Position numbers and translations under genes: made by a program. Below the pieces are notes generated by a model, which worked only from the letters and a program-made list of their open reading frames with translations, searched no databases and was not told the origin of the DNA. A stretch of 63,933 bases of DNA, filler included, from Lenisia limosa (taxonomy: Eukaryota; Protista; Breviatea): the NCBI GenBank assembly GCA_001655205.1. It is 10 parts of 10 records of this genome, joined end to end, with 100 filler letters (N's around TTAATTAATTAA, not from the genome) between each part and the next. Parts side by side here need not be neighbours in the genome. Positions count along the whole stretch, not along the records: positions 40,702 to 50,033 come from LPNZ01010844.1; positions 50,134 to 54,369 come from LPNZ01009513.1; positions 54,470 to 55,914 come from LPNZ01004222.1; 7 more parts are not named here. The stretch is one strand, 5' to 3'. Below, one piece after another: positions 41,767 through 55,212 of the stretch (position 1 is its first letter; every line of letters starts with the position of its first letter).

Positions 41767-44700
41767 ATGAAGGCCATGCTCTTGGCCACCGCATTCCTGG
41801 TGGTCATCTCCATCATCTCGGCAACGAAGGTGTTGGAGGAGTTCTCTTCTCTCAATGTAGCGCAATACTCCGAGACCATGGATCTTGGTGGTGAGCTTGT
41901 CACGAATGGCAACTTCGAAGATGGTATGCACAGCTGTTTTTGAAGCTATCTATCTACCATGATCAAATCATGAATGGAATATATTGTCTCATGAAGGAGT
42001 AGTTTTTTTTTTGTTTTGACTGTCCCGTTGTACTGGACAGATGAAATCGATCAAATCTAAAAATAGTTGGACATTTCTCACGAAACAAAGAAAGAATGAA
42101 AGTAAATTATTGTCCACGTTGTCAAAAAATAATCCAGACATGATTTAGTATATCGATATGTATGATATACTGATTTCCTAACTGAATTTATTGTTGGGCA
42201 GGTTTGAATAACTGGGACATTCGTAGTCCCTCAGATGGATGCACAGCGACAATTGTCACGAATTCTAACTGTAAAAGTGGTGGGTAAGGTATATTGTATC
42301 ATGTTTCATTTCGTTCTCACCACAAAGGGAGTTGTGCTAAGATGAGCTGTCCTTCCAGCACTGGAGATGCTGAACTCAGACAAAGTGGGTCATAATTTTT
42401 AAAACACAGTCTTTCTGTCAATCACGTAAACATGTTTTATCAATCTCTTTTTCATTCAGTAGCTTTGAGCTTTACTGCTCCCGAGCAGGAGTATGTCACT
42501 ATTCTGGTCACTGCAGACACACTTGTTGATGTTGCTGACAAGGTGAGTGCGTAAACGAATTAAAGCTGTACTTTCGGTTCTAAAAAAAGACTGAATCCTC
42601 GATATCTGGTCTTTTGGAACCGAAAGTGAAGCTCTAAAATGAATATCACGACATTGCCTCCTTAATGGATGTAATTTTCTTCTTGTAATATTTTGAGATT
42701 GGTGTGTTATCTCATATAAAATTGTCTTCAACATTACAGACTGTGGACCCCTACTATCTACGAGCGCGTTTGTATGTTGACTATGAAGACGGATCAAGTG
42801 ATCGTGAAACCATGATCAAATTTGACCCGGTTTCGTCAGGGACTCAGTTCTATCATGTGGGTATTTGAGTATTTTTTACAGCTTCACTTTTGTGGTATAC
42901 ATTATTATACCGTTTCAATGTGTTGTTTAACTATATTGGGATGGCAAAAATCCTGACCTTTGTTAGGAATTAAGAGCCATGAAGAAGCCATCGTCCATCA
43001 CCGTGCGGATCACTATCGATAGGGCTCTTGGGTCCTTCTATATCGACAACCTGTCCGTCCAAATGGGTATGTGGCGGAGTGATAGTGACCTTCTCAGCCT
43101 TTAGTCCCGGTGGACGTGCAGGACCTTTGCAAGGACACTCTTCTGTCAGTATCGGTGGGGGGGGGGGATTGCCTGCAATAGTTTGAAGCATCAAAGGACT
43201 CTGAACTTGCTTAGGACAACGTACAATTCATGTTTTGAAGAACTAAATTGACAATCCTTAAAATGAAAGTGTCGGAAATTGCGTTCCCATGACAATAGGT
43301 TGCACTTCTAATTAGGCAATTATTTTTTGAATTAATTGCATGGAACCCTGTTAACCATTGTCTGTCCAAATTACAATTCAGCTTCTGGTGTAGTTCCGTC
43401 GGAGTCAAAAGCGGTGGCGTCAGTCACTTCTCTCAATAATGAGTTTCAAATGAAGTTTGCTTCAGGTTTGTATGTGTCATTTTGATCTACTGATCCCGTA
43501 GGCGGTCATATTGTTGGCATTATGTCACTGAATGACGGAGTTAACTTGGCCAATTGTGAGGCAATGTATGGGGGTTTTGAGGCTGGCGGTTCGCATCTCA
43601 TTTTTATTTCAAATGAGAATTGATAAATATATGGTAGTTTAACGGAGACGACACTACAATATATATACTATACATATCGATATATATATTAACTGTTCAA
43701 CTACCATATATACATATTAATATACTTTATGTATGTATAATGATTGCTGTAGCATGCACTCTGGCTTTCTGGTTATCGATCTAAATAACGATGGTTTGAA
43801 GGGGGTGGGTTGGAATAGATTTTTACTGTATTTTTGTTTTTTATTGTCAATTTCTGGAATATTCTTTAGTCTGATAGAAATTTGGTTTTTTCACCCTCTT
43901 TAGCCAAGACAAACTACCATAGGATTGGAACTTCAGCAGTGCAGTCTATGGATGATGTTGTTATTACTGGTAAGACACATTCAACTGTATTGAAGGTTAC
44001 ATCCAATTTAGGTACCTACTTAGACTTGATCATCGAAATCACGCTCAGCCCAGCACAACAGGGTGTAAAGTAGGCAACTGTTCAATTTAATTCACTCTTC
44101 AGATTTTCAGGCACGGTGAAATCAACTGGCAGCACGGATAGAGCGATCACAATTGTTCTTATGGTTCCGTCGTGCTTCAATGTTGCGAGATACTCGTGTG
44201 GGTTGTCTGGATGGTGTGTCTGTTTTGCCCTTCAACCTCGGATATGGGTAATTTCTTTAGCTAACTCCTACGAGAACGAAGATTTTGACATTTTCAATGA
44301 CGAACAAGAATACTGGGTCGAATCAGAGTGGGCTGTGGGCAAAGGGGAATTGAACATTCCAATTGTAACATAGGGTGGATATATACATGTATACTACCCC
44401 CCTCACATATACACGTTTATATACTACTTCATATGATATAGTAAAATAATATTTCATATTATACGTTTGTTTTTGAAAAACCCAATTTTAAAAAAATTTC
44501 AATTCACATCAACAAAGTGCTAAATTAAAAAAAAGCCTCGTCAAGTCAGTTTGGTTAACTTTGAGAACTGCTTTATCCACAGTCAAAGCCTCCAATAGAA
44601 TTTACTCCAAATTCACCAGTGAAATTCCCAATTCTCTTGAAAGAGAATGTGGCGTATTACATACAATATATGCCTGAATAGGATGAAGCCAGAGGAAACT

Positions 44701-47700
44701 CTGGTGGAGGTCCGAAAGCGTCCTGACGTGTAAATCGGTGCTCGAATATACACATTGTTCTTCGACCCCATCTCCCTCCTTATATTCATTATTATACATA
44801 TGCATATACAGTACATAATATATATACATGTATATATCGATATATATGATGATATTTGCCTTAGCTCTACCCTACCTACCCAAATAAGCGTATAATATAT
44901 ACAAATCATGTATATATATACAATATCATATATTATAATTACATATGCATATCATATAGATGACAACCCCTCTAGGAGAATTGAACATTCAAATTGTAAC
45001 TGTCACAGAAGTTCATTTTTCGAAGATTTAGCAGTTATACCCACCTCCGGCCTCAACGGTAAAACAAGGTACGTGGTTTTTTTGTTATTGCTGACCAGAA
45101 CAGTGGGCTGCCATTTGGTGGAGTTAGTGATGGCGATCACCTCATTGGAGTTGGCATTTCATATGAGCATCCAAGAGTATACCGCCATGCCTATACAAGA
45201 GGCTTAAGGTCAATCTTCCTTGCTATTGATATTGCCCTAGTCCCTGTGGGTATGGATGAAGAAGATATAGGTTTTTATGATTTCCCCACGGTTTGTGATA
45301 GCTATGTTTTTATGTTCTTTCGATGTATTATAGATACAATATTATATTATCATATTAGTCTTTCCCTGAAGAACGGTGTTTTTAACTCGACAGGAAACGA
45401 GTCCAACAATGGAGACAAAAATTAAGGGTTTTGTGCATGCCCAGCAGTACCAGCCAGATCTTGTCGCTTCCGCAGTTACACAAGCGTCTGCCTCTTTGAT
45501 TACCAGAACTATGGCTGTCAAATACAGTGAATGGTTTGATGGAATCAGTTGACTGTCAAGTACAATATTTCTTTTGTAGTTTTTACTTTTAATATAGTAT
45601 GTTTATTGTCAATTTGACCATTTTAGCTACTCTGAGGCCTATCACCATCGGATTCCATATGATGAGGTTGGACATTTTGCACTTTGGTATTCTCCAATCG
45701 TGACACCTTCTTGCGACAAGACCTATGATATGAAGTACATAATATTACATTTAGCTATTTTTTAATACTCACAAAACAGGAGGGTATTTGGGACCTATCT
45801 GAGGATGAAGCAGCTGCAATGAGTGATGAGCTGAGAAGCTACCTTCGTATTGGGTAGGATGGTATTGATAATTATTATTGTTGTATTAAGTTTTACTTTT
45901 ATGCATCAGAATCGTCCAGGGGCATGCTATAAGAATAGATGAGTACATCGGTAAGCCAACGAGCCTTTTACAACGTAGCAAATGGAGCGAAAAGAACCAC
46001 TAGATACGTAGGAGAGCCGTGGAGTACCTGGATCGATCTCAATGCCGACGCAACTAATAATGTTGACGGCGCATTTGAGGCTCTTTTGGTAAGTGTAGTG
46101 GTTTACTGAGTTGTCTGTTTCAATATTTCTGATGCTTCAGATCGATTTGGCAGCCAACAGTGAAGATGAGACTGAAAGGAAGCAAGCAGGTACGAATATC
46201 AGCAACCTTATTTACGATTTTGCAACAAGACTTTGTGAATGTTCCAGGAGCCACGATTTCCAACGGAATGAAAGACGCAGACGGCAATTACGTTTACCGC
46301 ACAGTGAGCTGCTCAGGAGGAGAACTTGGGAAGTGTGCACGTCCTCTAGGTAGGGGGATTAACTGCATCGTGGATTGACAGTTTTGGATTACTATTTAAT
46401 GACTCAAGGAGTATGTTCCGCTGATAGCTTACTAACAATTTCAGTGAACGCAAGCCCCACCATTAAAGTTGACGGATACACCAGTAAAGCTGAATTGGCT
46501 TGGAGTGAAAGGGGCTGGAAATCCACTTATGACAACTACCCGAACTTTGGAGGGGAGTATGTAGACAGTCACAACATCTATGCCAATGAGATGGACTATG
46601 AAAGGTTGGTCAGTTTGTACTTGATTTTATTTGCCGGAGAAACTTTAACTTTATAGAAATCATTTTGCCCATTGTGATGGTATTTTAACATACTGTACGC
46701 AAACTCTTCGCGCCAGTATTCAACTTCATGCAACCGCTCATCTGGTGTGTTATCAAATTAAGGTCCCAAAACAGACAGATCTCTCGTATCTTCGATACAT
46801 ATCGATATGTTAACGGTCTTTACTGTTGGGTAGCCCTCACATAACTAACGAAAATCTCATGGTTGTTTTTACTCTTCAGTTTACCAAAATGATTTATGAT
46901 GATGTTGAGACAAAAATCCCCAAAGACAGAGCTGTCTTTCCAGCGTATATGACCAATGCCCTTTTGCTTTATGGAGTAAGTGAGGAATTCATCGTCATCA
47001 ACATGTAACAATTATGACATTTCAGCGATTCTGGGGTTTCCAGTACTACGACATGTTTGGAATTGAAGGAGGCGATGTGTTTTCCCATTGGGTTAGTCCA
47101 GAGTACAATGTAAGCCGATTTAGCTTAACTCTGTTACTGAATTGTCTGTGTATATTTACTTGAATGTCTCACGTATCAAGGCATTTGCCCGTCTTTTTGC
47201 GTATCGTCGTCCTCTTTATTCCCTGGCGACATACTCATCAAGTTGAGTCTCAATCTCTTTTTCAGTGCAGTCCTTTTCATCTTGGCATCTACCTCAGGCA
47301 ATGGTCTCTCATTTGTTGTGTTGCATTTTGTCAAAGTCTTACTGATTCAGGTGAGTCCGCAGAGGATATTGAGTCCTTCTTTAGACGCCTCATGGTGCAT
47401 GGTGTTAACCCTAGTCTCTCTGAGTAGGCAATTACATGGGTATTTCAAGGGGGGGGGGGGGGGNNNNNNNNNNNNNNNNNNNNNNNNNNNNNNNNNNNNN
47501 NNNNNNNNNNNNNNNNNNNNNNNNNNNNNNNNNNNNNNNNNNNAAATAACATCTGAATGTGACATTTCGGAATTGTTCGAGTACATGCCAATTTCGTTCA
47601 AGTGGTGATTACCATCTTAGTTATTTTGATAATGTGGCACTTGTGGAATCTCACAAAGAAATTTGGAAGGAATACCAAACGAAAATCCTGAACCTCAACA

Positions 47701-48853
47701 AGTTAGGGTATAACATGTACCAAGGTAGGCTCCTTTCGGCATTGGTTCAACTGACGAAAAGGAGCTTGGGTAGAGTCGTGTGACTCGTGTATTGTGGAGC
47801 GATATGGAGACGGACCTGAGTACGTCTTTGCCATCTTCAATGCTCATGTAAGCCTGTTATATTCACAGAAAGAGCATATTTCACGTTTCACAAAAAGACC
47901 TTGAATTGACAGGCAAAACACTGTTGACGATTTCAGCAGACAAACTCGATCACAGACCAGTACCTGGTACTGGCTCAGTCTGAGTTGAAGTGGTCAGGAG
48001 TGGCATCTGTGAGTAACTGGGAAACCGATGTCTCCATTGAGGTCCTCGAAGCAGAGAATGGTAAGCTGATAAGAGCTCTTATTTATTTTGTCATTTTGAC
48101 CTTACAGGGCTTTACAAACACAAGTTCACACTTGGAACCTATCAAGCACTGATGTTGAAGGTGAGTAAAAAGGTATGTTGGAAACTCACAAAACAGATTG
48201 TAGCGGACCCTCCAATTCAACCAGTCAGTTCCACTACGGAGGACCAAATATCAGAGTCTTCAAATGGTGGGATTGTAGCATCACGGACATCTCCCCCCCC
48301 CCCCCNNNNNNNNNNNNNNNNNNNNNNNNNNNNNNNNNNNNNNNNNNNNNNNNNNNNNNNNNNNNNNNNNNNNNNNNNNNNNNNNNNNNNNNNNNNNNNN
48401 NNNNNNNNNNNNNNAGGCTGTGGCGGTCGTAGGAATTGCAGGAGCGTCGGTCTTCATCATTATTAAGAAGAAGAAGTCACAGCCGCCCAGCTCTTATGAA
48501 ATGTCAAGTCCAACTTGTGCGCCGCTTTAATCCGTTTTACTTTCAGGTTCATCAGGCTGTGTACATGAGAAGTCTTCAGCCACTTTCAGTCCTGTCGTTG
48601 CCGAGGTAATTGTGTTATCGTTCATTTTAATACGATTAGCCAAGCATACCCTTTTCCTTTAACGCTGTAGCCCCCACGCAGAGCACCACCTGGTCCCCCA
48701 CCAAGTGCAGGGTATGTTGGAAATTATGCCTATGGTCATGTCCTGTTGTACCCGAGAGTTTTGACATTATAGAGGCCCGCCAAGACGTGCACCCCCTGCA
48801 AGACTGCCCCCTCCAGGTGGGAACCAGTTATCATCATTGGTGGTCATCCTTTG
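41767..48853 (+). CDS. Type-I membrane protein: signal peptide, CBM4/9-like domain, putative glycoside-hydrolase domain, TM helix, Pro-rich tail; about 30 exons
   Basis: MKAMLLATAFLVVISIISA; ELVTNGNFEDG...FYIDNLSV; GGEYVDSHNIYANEMDYERNHFAH; YYDMFGIEGG; IESFFRRLMVHGVNPSLS; IVERYGDGPEYVFAIFN; AVAVVGIAGASVFIIIKKKK; PPRRAPPGPPP. Confidence 0.7.
42563..42635. mobile_element. MITE family A copy (internally deleted)
   Basis: AAGCTGTACTTTCGGTTCTAAAAAAAGACTGAAT..GGAACCGAAAGTGAAGCTCT. Confidence 0.8.
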
Positions 48854-48969
48854 AATCGTCTTGGTGGTCACCCTTTGACCTCCGTGTAAAGGCAGACCGC
48901 AATGATACTGTAGGTCCCATTCCAAGGCTGTAAACGCAAGGTTCTTTAGATTTTTCTTCATATTATGTA

Positions 48970-49852
48970 TAAGATTGGGTTTTCTTGGGACACGCGTTCC
49001 TCTCTCCTCACGGAGATCTGCTAAATTATGGTTGCCATTTTTTTCTACAATCTGGTTGGTCTATTACCCACCACTCCCCTCCCACTATTCAGATTCTGAA
49101 AATTTCAAAGCCCTTTCAAAACCATTCTTTTTTCAAATATATAATAATTTAATGGGGAAGGGGAACGAACCGTTCAGGGAATTCAATACATCATCCCAAA
49201 ACAACCCATAATTATAATACTGATAATAATACTCATAATACTCATAATGACACGATTTACTGCACGGTACTAAGAAACTCAGTGACATTGGGGGAGAATG
49301 CCTTCTTTTTGCCTCCTATTTTATGAGAGACAGAATTACAGATTAAGAAAAAAAGCTCTAGGGAAATAAACAACAATATGACCAATTGACTTGGCGAACT
49401 AATACAGCTGTATACTCTATTATTACACTTTTGACTAGAAATCCTTTGAACGTTACGCTGACCCCGGCAAACCACTAGCAAAACAGGTCAACTTCACGAC
49501 GACGGCAACAGCGGCGATAGAAACTAAGGCTCCCATGGCTATGCCTCCAGTAACAAGGTTGTCTGAGGGGGGGGGGGGNNNNNNNNNNNNNNNNNNNNNN
49601 NNNNNNNNNNNNNNNNNNNNNNNNNNNNNNNNNNNNNNNNNNNNNNNNNNNNNNNNNNNNNNNNNNNNNNNNNNNNNNNNNNNNNNNNNNNNNNNNNNAG
49701 GGATATTTTTGAGAAATCCAGGTCTTCCCTATGATTTGAAAAAGACCAGTAAAATATCGATATTTATCGAAGACTTATCAAAAAATACCTTTGAAAAACG
49801 AAGATGAGGATGACTCTTCTTCTTCTACGCTGTCACCCCTGTAATCACAAGC
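48970..49852 (-). CDS. 3' exons of a single-pass membrane protein
   Basis: GACDYRGDSVEEEESSSSSFFK | DNLVTGGIAMGALVSIAAVAVVVK (TM helix), canonical splice sites. Confidence 0.5.
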
Positions 49853-50133
49853 TCCCTGAAGTGGTGAAAAAAAGTCAAAAAAAGAGAATAAGTAAGAAAA
49901 AGAAAAAAGAAGAAGATAGAAAAGAGGAAGCATAATAATAATAATAATAATAATAAACAGTTTTAATTGCAGTGTTGTGTTTAACAACTATTTTATTTCA
50001 ATAAGAGATTAACAATAGGTTTATCACAAAAAANNNNNNNNNNNNNNNNNNNNNNNNNNNNNNNNNNNNNNNNNNNNTTAATTAATTAANNNNNNNNNNN
50101 NNNNNNNNNNNNNNNNNNNNNNNNNNNNNNNNN

Positions 50134-50248
50134 GTAACAATGTCTGTAGATCTGTAATTATAGTGTCACTTTAGATCTGTAACAATGTCTATACATCTGT
50201 AATTATAGTGTCACTTTAGATCTGTAATAATGTCTGTAGATCTGTCAG
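50134..50248. repeat. 45-bp tandem repeat (2.5 copies) ending at a 3' splice site
   Basis: GTAACAATGTCTGTAGATCTGTAATTATAGTGTCACTTTAGATCT repeated, then TCTGTCAG|exon. Confidence 0.8.
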
Positions 50249-53200
50249 GAGGTCACTAAGAAGTATCCCGACTTCTTCCTTGTTCGTGACTACTACGGTC
50301 TTTTGAACTACCTCAAGGACGCTGCTGGGAAAGGTGGGGGAATTTATTTGGTAGATTTTACAATGACCGGGATCAGTCGTGACCGATTTTCCTCGGGAAA
50401 TTACAGAGTAAAATGGTCAAAACTTATCTAGTCATTGTATATATTGTATACAAATTGGTGGGTATTTTAATATAGCAATGAGAAATAATAATTTTACCCC
50501 CATTTTAGACCAGAATTTCTCCAGTATGTTGCTCGAAGCCGTGCGTGTCAACTTCAACGGACCGCCAAAAGTACTGCAGCTTGCTGAACAGGTTTGTTGG
50601 GTGTTTTGGGAGTTGTTTTTTTGGTGTTTTGGTGGTGCTCTTGCTGACTGAACTTCTCACCAGCTTTCCGAAATTTATCCCCCCAGGAATTTTCACGCAA
50701 ATTTGCCGTAGCCATCCGGCCCGACCCCGCCAATACCATTAGTCTCATCGCCAACAACCTCAATAGTCCCAAGAAGGCCCCCCAGGTATGTTTTTTTGTT
50801 GTTTATGACGAATTTTTAGTTTTACTATTTTATATTACAACATATCATATTTATAGTATGATAGTAGTAGAATAATTCCTACCCCTAGGTAATCTTATTT
50901 TTTGGCTATTTATTACATNNNNNNNNNNNNNNNNNNNNNNNNNNNNNNNNNNNNNNNNNNNNNNNNNNNNNNNNNNNNNNNNNNNNNNNNNNNNNNNNNN
51001 NNNNNGTTTTTTGTTACATAATCCCCCCCCTCAGGACAGAAGAAATCTTTTGGTTCTCTGCGAGAGATCTCCAGCTCAGGCCTACCACATGCTTTTGTCA
51101 ACTGACATCTTCCTTACACCTCCTCAGGTATGATATATCATATACTAGCTAAATAATAAATGTACTAACATACAGTGACCGGGATAAGTCTTGACCTATT
51201 TTCCTTGGGAAATTATCTGGTTCACTACTTCTTGTTCACTGTATATAAGAAGAGGGGTATTGATACTCCCCATACATGAATTATATGAGTTATAGAATAT
51301 GTTCTCTTCTGTAATGGGGGGTAGTAAATGTAAATGTAATAAATAGCCAAAAAATTTATATGTTGGGGTAGGGGATGTATACGCTCACCCAGATGCTGAA
51401 GAAATTAGGGGTTTAAATTTACCATATTTTTAGTCCCCCCCCCCCCACNNNNNNNNNNNNNNNNNNNNNNNNNNNNNNNNNNNNNNNNNNNNNNNNNNNN
51501 NNNNNNNNNNNNNNNNNNNNNNNNNNNNNNNNNNNNNNNNNNNNNNNNNNNNNNNNNNNNNNNNNNNNNNNNNNNNNNNNNNNNNNNNNNNNNNNNNNNN
51601 NNNGATTTATGAGTTGATTTGGGCTTTTTTCATAACATTTCCAATTTTACATTCCAGGTTATCTTCGGCAGTCACTTCCCCCTGGATATCTCAGGCGGAC
51701 CCTACGTGTCCCATCTCCTCGACCGCATTGATAGCGCAATGCGGGCCGGACAGACTATTATCATCATTAANNNNNNNNNNTCTACGGTTCTATATACAGT
51801 CTGTTGAACCTGCAGTACAACGTGTTCTCTTCTGTAATGGGGGTTTAAATACGAATTTTAAGAAAGGTTTAATATGAACTCTGTGGGTTTTTTTCGAGTG
51901 GTTTGATAGTTATTGCTTGTACGCTCTCGCTCTCCCTTTATATTTTCGTTGATTGAATAAATATGACACTATAATCCAATATCTCTTGTAAGCGTGATGG
52001 TGTGGANNNNNNNNNNNNNNNNNNNNNNNNNNNNNNNNNNNNNNNNNNNNNNNNNNNNNNNNNNNNNNNNNNNNNNNNNNNNNNNNNNNNNNNNNNNNNN
52101 NNNNNNNNNNNNNNNNNNNNNNNNNNNNNNNNNNNNNNNNNNNNNNNNNNNNNNNNNNNNNNNNNNNNNNNNNNNNNNNNCCCCCCTTTATTTACGGCTT
52201 TAGAAAGACGAGGGCGAACCGGATACCTGGGTCACTACCATCAGTCGAGATTCGGCTCATAGAACGTACAGGGGGGTGGTGAGTAAATAAATGGGGTATA
52301 CATGTATATTATACTACATGTACTATATTAAGATATATATGATGTATGATATTATAATATTATTGTATTGCTGTATATTGTGTATAATTCTGGGGGGGGG
52401 GGGAGAACAATTGGAAAATTTATAAATAAAAAAAAAACCCGCAGTCAATTCTGTTGGCTGACAACATACGAGAATTGATTTGTGTACATTTATATCACTT
52501 ATTTGATCATATTCACATCACTTCGGTTCGAAATGACAGATAAAATATCAATAGTTTTCGAGGAGTTATCGAGAAATTTAGTCTTTTTTTGAACCGAAGT
52601 GAAGCCCAACATAACGAATCTGGGTCGACATAATTTTCAGATACCTTGTCCATCCCAATTTTAGGTCAACATAATTCTCTTCAGGTGTCTTGTCCATCCC
52701 AATGGCCGCATCATCGTTATTGAAAACGAGAGGAGAATCACCCAGAAGAATGTCCCTGATTGCACACAGGTTGGGGGGGGGGGGGNNNNNNNNNNNNNNN
52801 NNNNNNNNNNNNNNNNNNNNNNNNNNNNNNNNNNNNNNNNNNNNNNNNNNNNNNNNNNNNNNNNNNNNNNNNNNNNNNNNNNNNNNNNNNNNNNNNNNNN
52901 NNNNNNNNNNNNNNNNNNNNNNNNNNNNNNNNNNNNNNNNNNNNNNNNNNNNNNNNNNNNNNNNNNNNNNNNNNNNNNNNNNNNNNNNNNNNNNNNNNNN
53001 NNNNNNNNNNNNNNNNNNNNNNNNNNNNNNNNNNNNNNNNNNNNACTTATCCCGGTCACTGCATACTACATGAAATTTGATTTCACCAGCCTTATTATTA
53101 AAAACAGTAATTTCAATTTTTACTTTTTAGGGTGAAACGCCTTCTTGGAGAAGACTTTGTGGGGGGTTCTTGCAGAACATAATAAAACCAAAAAAAATTA

Positions 53201-54369
53201 GGATGGGGGGGGGGGTACCGGTCAAACAGCGATATTTATCAGGATTTATCAATAAATTCAGACTTTTTTTTTTAGTTTTACCGTTGTCTTACCCTGCTGT
53301 AGAAGAAGTACATAGTCGGCTACACCGTCCACCTCCTTCCCGACCTGGCAGCCCTGTCCTGGATGAGGGCCGAGAAAAACTGTGGAGGTTGGGAGGGTTG
53401 TATGGAATTACCATGATAAAAACTGTGAAGGATGTGGTGGAAATATATACCTAAAGTGACTAGGATAAGCCTTGGCCGATTTGCTCTGTGATATACAGTG
53501 ACTGGGATTAACCGATTTGCTATGTGATATACAGTGACTGGGATAAGTCATGTGAAGTCATAAAGATCCTACGTATGATGAAGTATCAACTCCGCATCCC
53601 CGCCAGAGTCAGTGTATTTGTTGTTTTCAACTCCAGTGTGTTGCTAGGGCTTTTTTTTTGCTGTTGTTTGTTTCATACATTGTCCACTTATCCTATCCCT
53701 CTCCACCTCTCTCTGATGCGATGCGGGGCTGCAGAAGCGACTGGCCTGGTTGTTTGTTTTGTTGTTTTCAATCTTCGTGTGTTTTCCAAATACTTTTTTT
53801 ATATTTGTTTCATACATGTTCAGGCACAGATCGCCTGCAATTTGCCAAGGCTCAGGCCGTACGCTACATTCTCTACCGAACGGTTGCAGAAGGCCTCTTC
53901 AAGGCTGATAAGTTGGACGTTGACTGCATCCCGCAAGCCGCTATTACTTCTTTGGACGATGTGACCATGGAAATTGGCAATACCTACGGCAACCCCGAGG
54001 ACAGCACCGGGCTCAATATTGTGCTGCCAGTCTTCTCCAGTGCACCCTCGGTTGCGGGAGAGGGGGGTGTGGAGAGGAAGGGAAAGGGGAAATTCAAAAC
54101 AAAGGGGTAGGGGTAGATATCTTCTTTCTTATTGTAACTTTTTCAGGAAAACAGAGCAATCTTTTACTCCGTTACCACACCATGCGATTATCATGGGTTA
54201 AACTTTTTCAAAACAACCGATCGCACAATTACTGATTTCTTATTTTTACTTTTTCATCCAAATACTTTCTTATTACCAGACCAACTTTCTTATTATAACT
54301 TTTTCAGGCCAACCAGATCGCCTTGACTCTGAACAGCCGCCAGAGCATTCTTGCAATCGACGTTGAGAG
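50249..54369 (+). CDS. RNF213: RNF213/mysterin-like giant AAA+ ATPase, internal fragment
   Basis: Colinear motifs FFLVRDYYGLL..AVRVNFNG / RRNLLVL / VIFGSHFPLD..LLDRIDSAMRAGQTIII / CLVHPNGRIIVIEN / IVGY, matching RNF213 as I recall it (FFGLRDYYSL..AVLRNFSG / SRYLLVL / IIFGSSFPKD..INRVKICMETGKMVLLLN / CRVHPNFRLIVIEE / FIGY). Confidence 0.75.
52514..52607. mobile_element. MITE family A copy
   Basis: CACTTCGGTTCGAAA..TCGAGGAGTTATCGAGAAAT..GAACCGAAGTGAAGCCC. Confidence 0.85.
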
Positions 54370-55212
54370 NNNNNNNNNNNNNNNNNNNNNNNNNNNNNNN
54401 NNNNNNNNNNNNNTTAATTAATTAANNNNNNNNNNNNNNNNNNNNNNNNNNNNNNNNNNNNNNNNNNNNGACCGTGAGCATATACACACATATCATATCA
54501 TATATGTATGTATGTATGTATCACTATCTATCAAAAAGACTTGGATGATGAGATTTGAAAAATAAGTTTGTGTATCTCATCACGCTTATACATCATTTGC
54601 CTTACACCCGCATACGACTAGACATACTTATTTTGACAAAGTTGTCATTTATTTTAAATCTACCAATCAATTCGCTTTGAACCAGTCACTCACAACCAAT
54701 TTCAATTTACTCTTAATATAACCCGCTCCTACACCCACTACATACCCTCCCCCCCCCCCCCNNNNNNNNNNNNNNNNNNNNNNNNNNNNNNNNNNNNNNN
54801 NNNNNNNNNNNNNNNNNNNNNNNNNNNNNNNNNNNNNNNNNNNNNNNNNNNNNNNNNNNNNNCTAATTCGTAACTTACTCCGGTCACAAAAAAGAAGGGA
54901 TTTCTCAATAAATCCCGATATATTTCAAAGTAAAGCAATAACATTGATATATCGATATGACTATGATATTCATTCATTTATTATAGTAAATCATATCGAT
55001 ATGCAGAAATTATTCTCTAGCTCTAGATTACACCATTTTGTTTGCAATATAAACACACAACATTTTTATTCTTATCAGTGTCTCTACAAACCCTAATTCC
55101 ATCATAAATTTCCCCATAAACAACACCATTATCATCACCACCACCGTCATCATCATCATAATTAACACCAGTAGCATTATCATCATTATTCATATCCAAC
55201 AACCATACTCAC

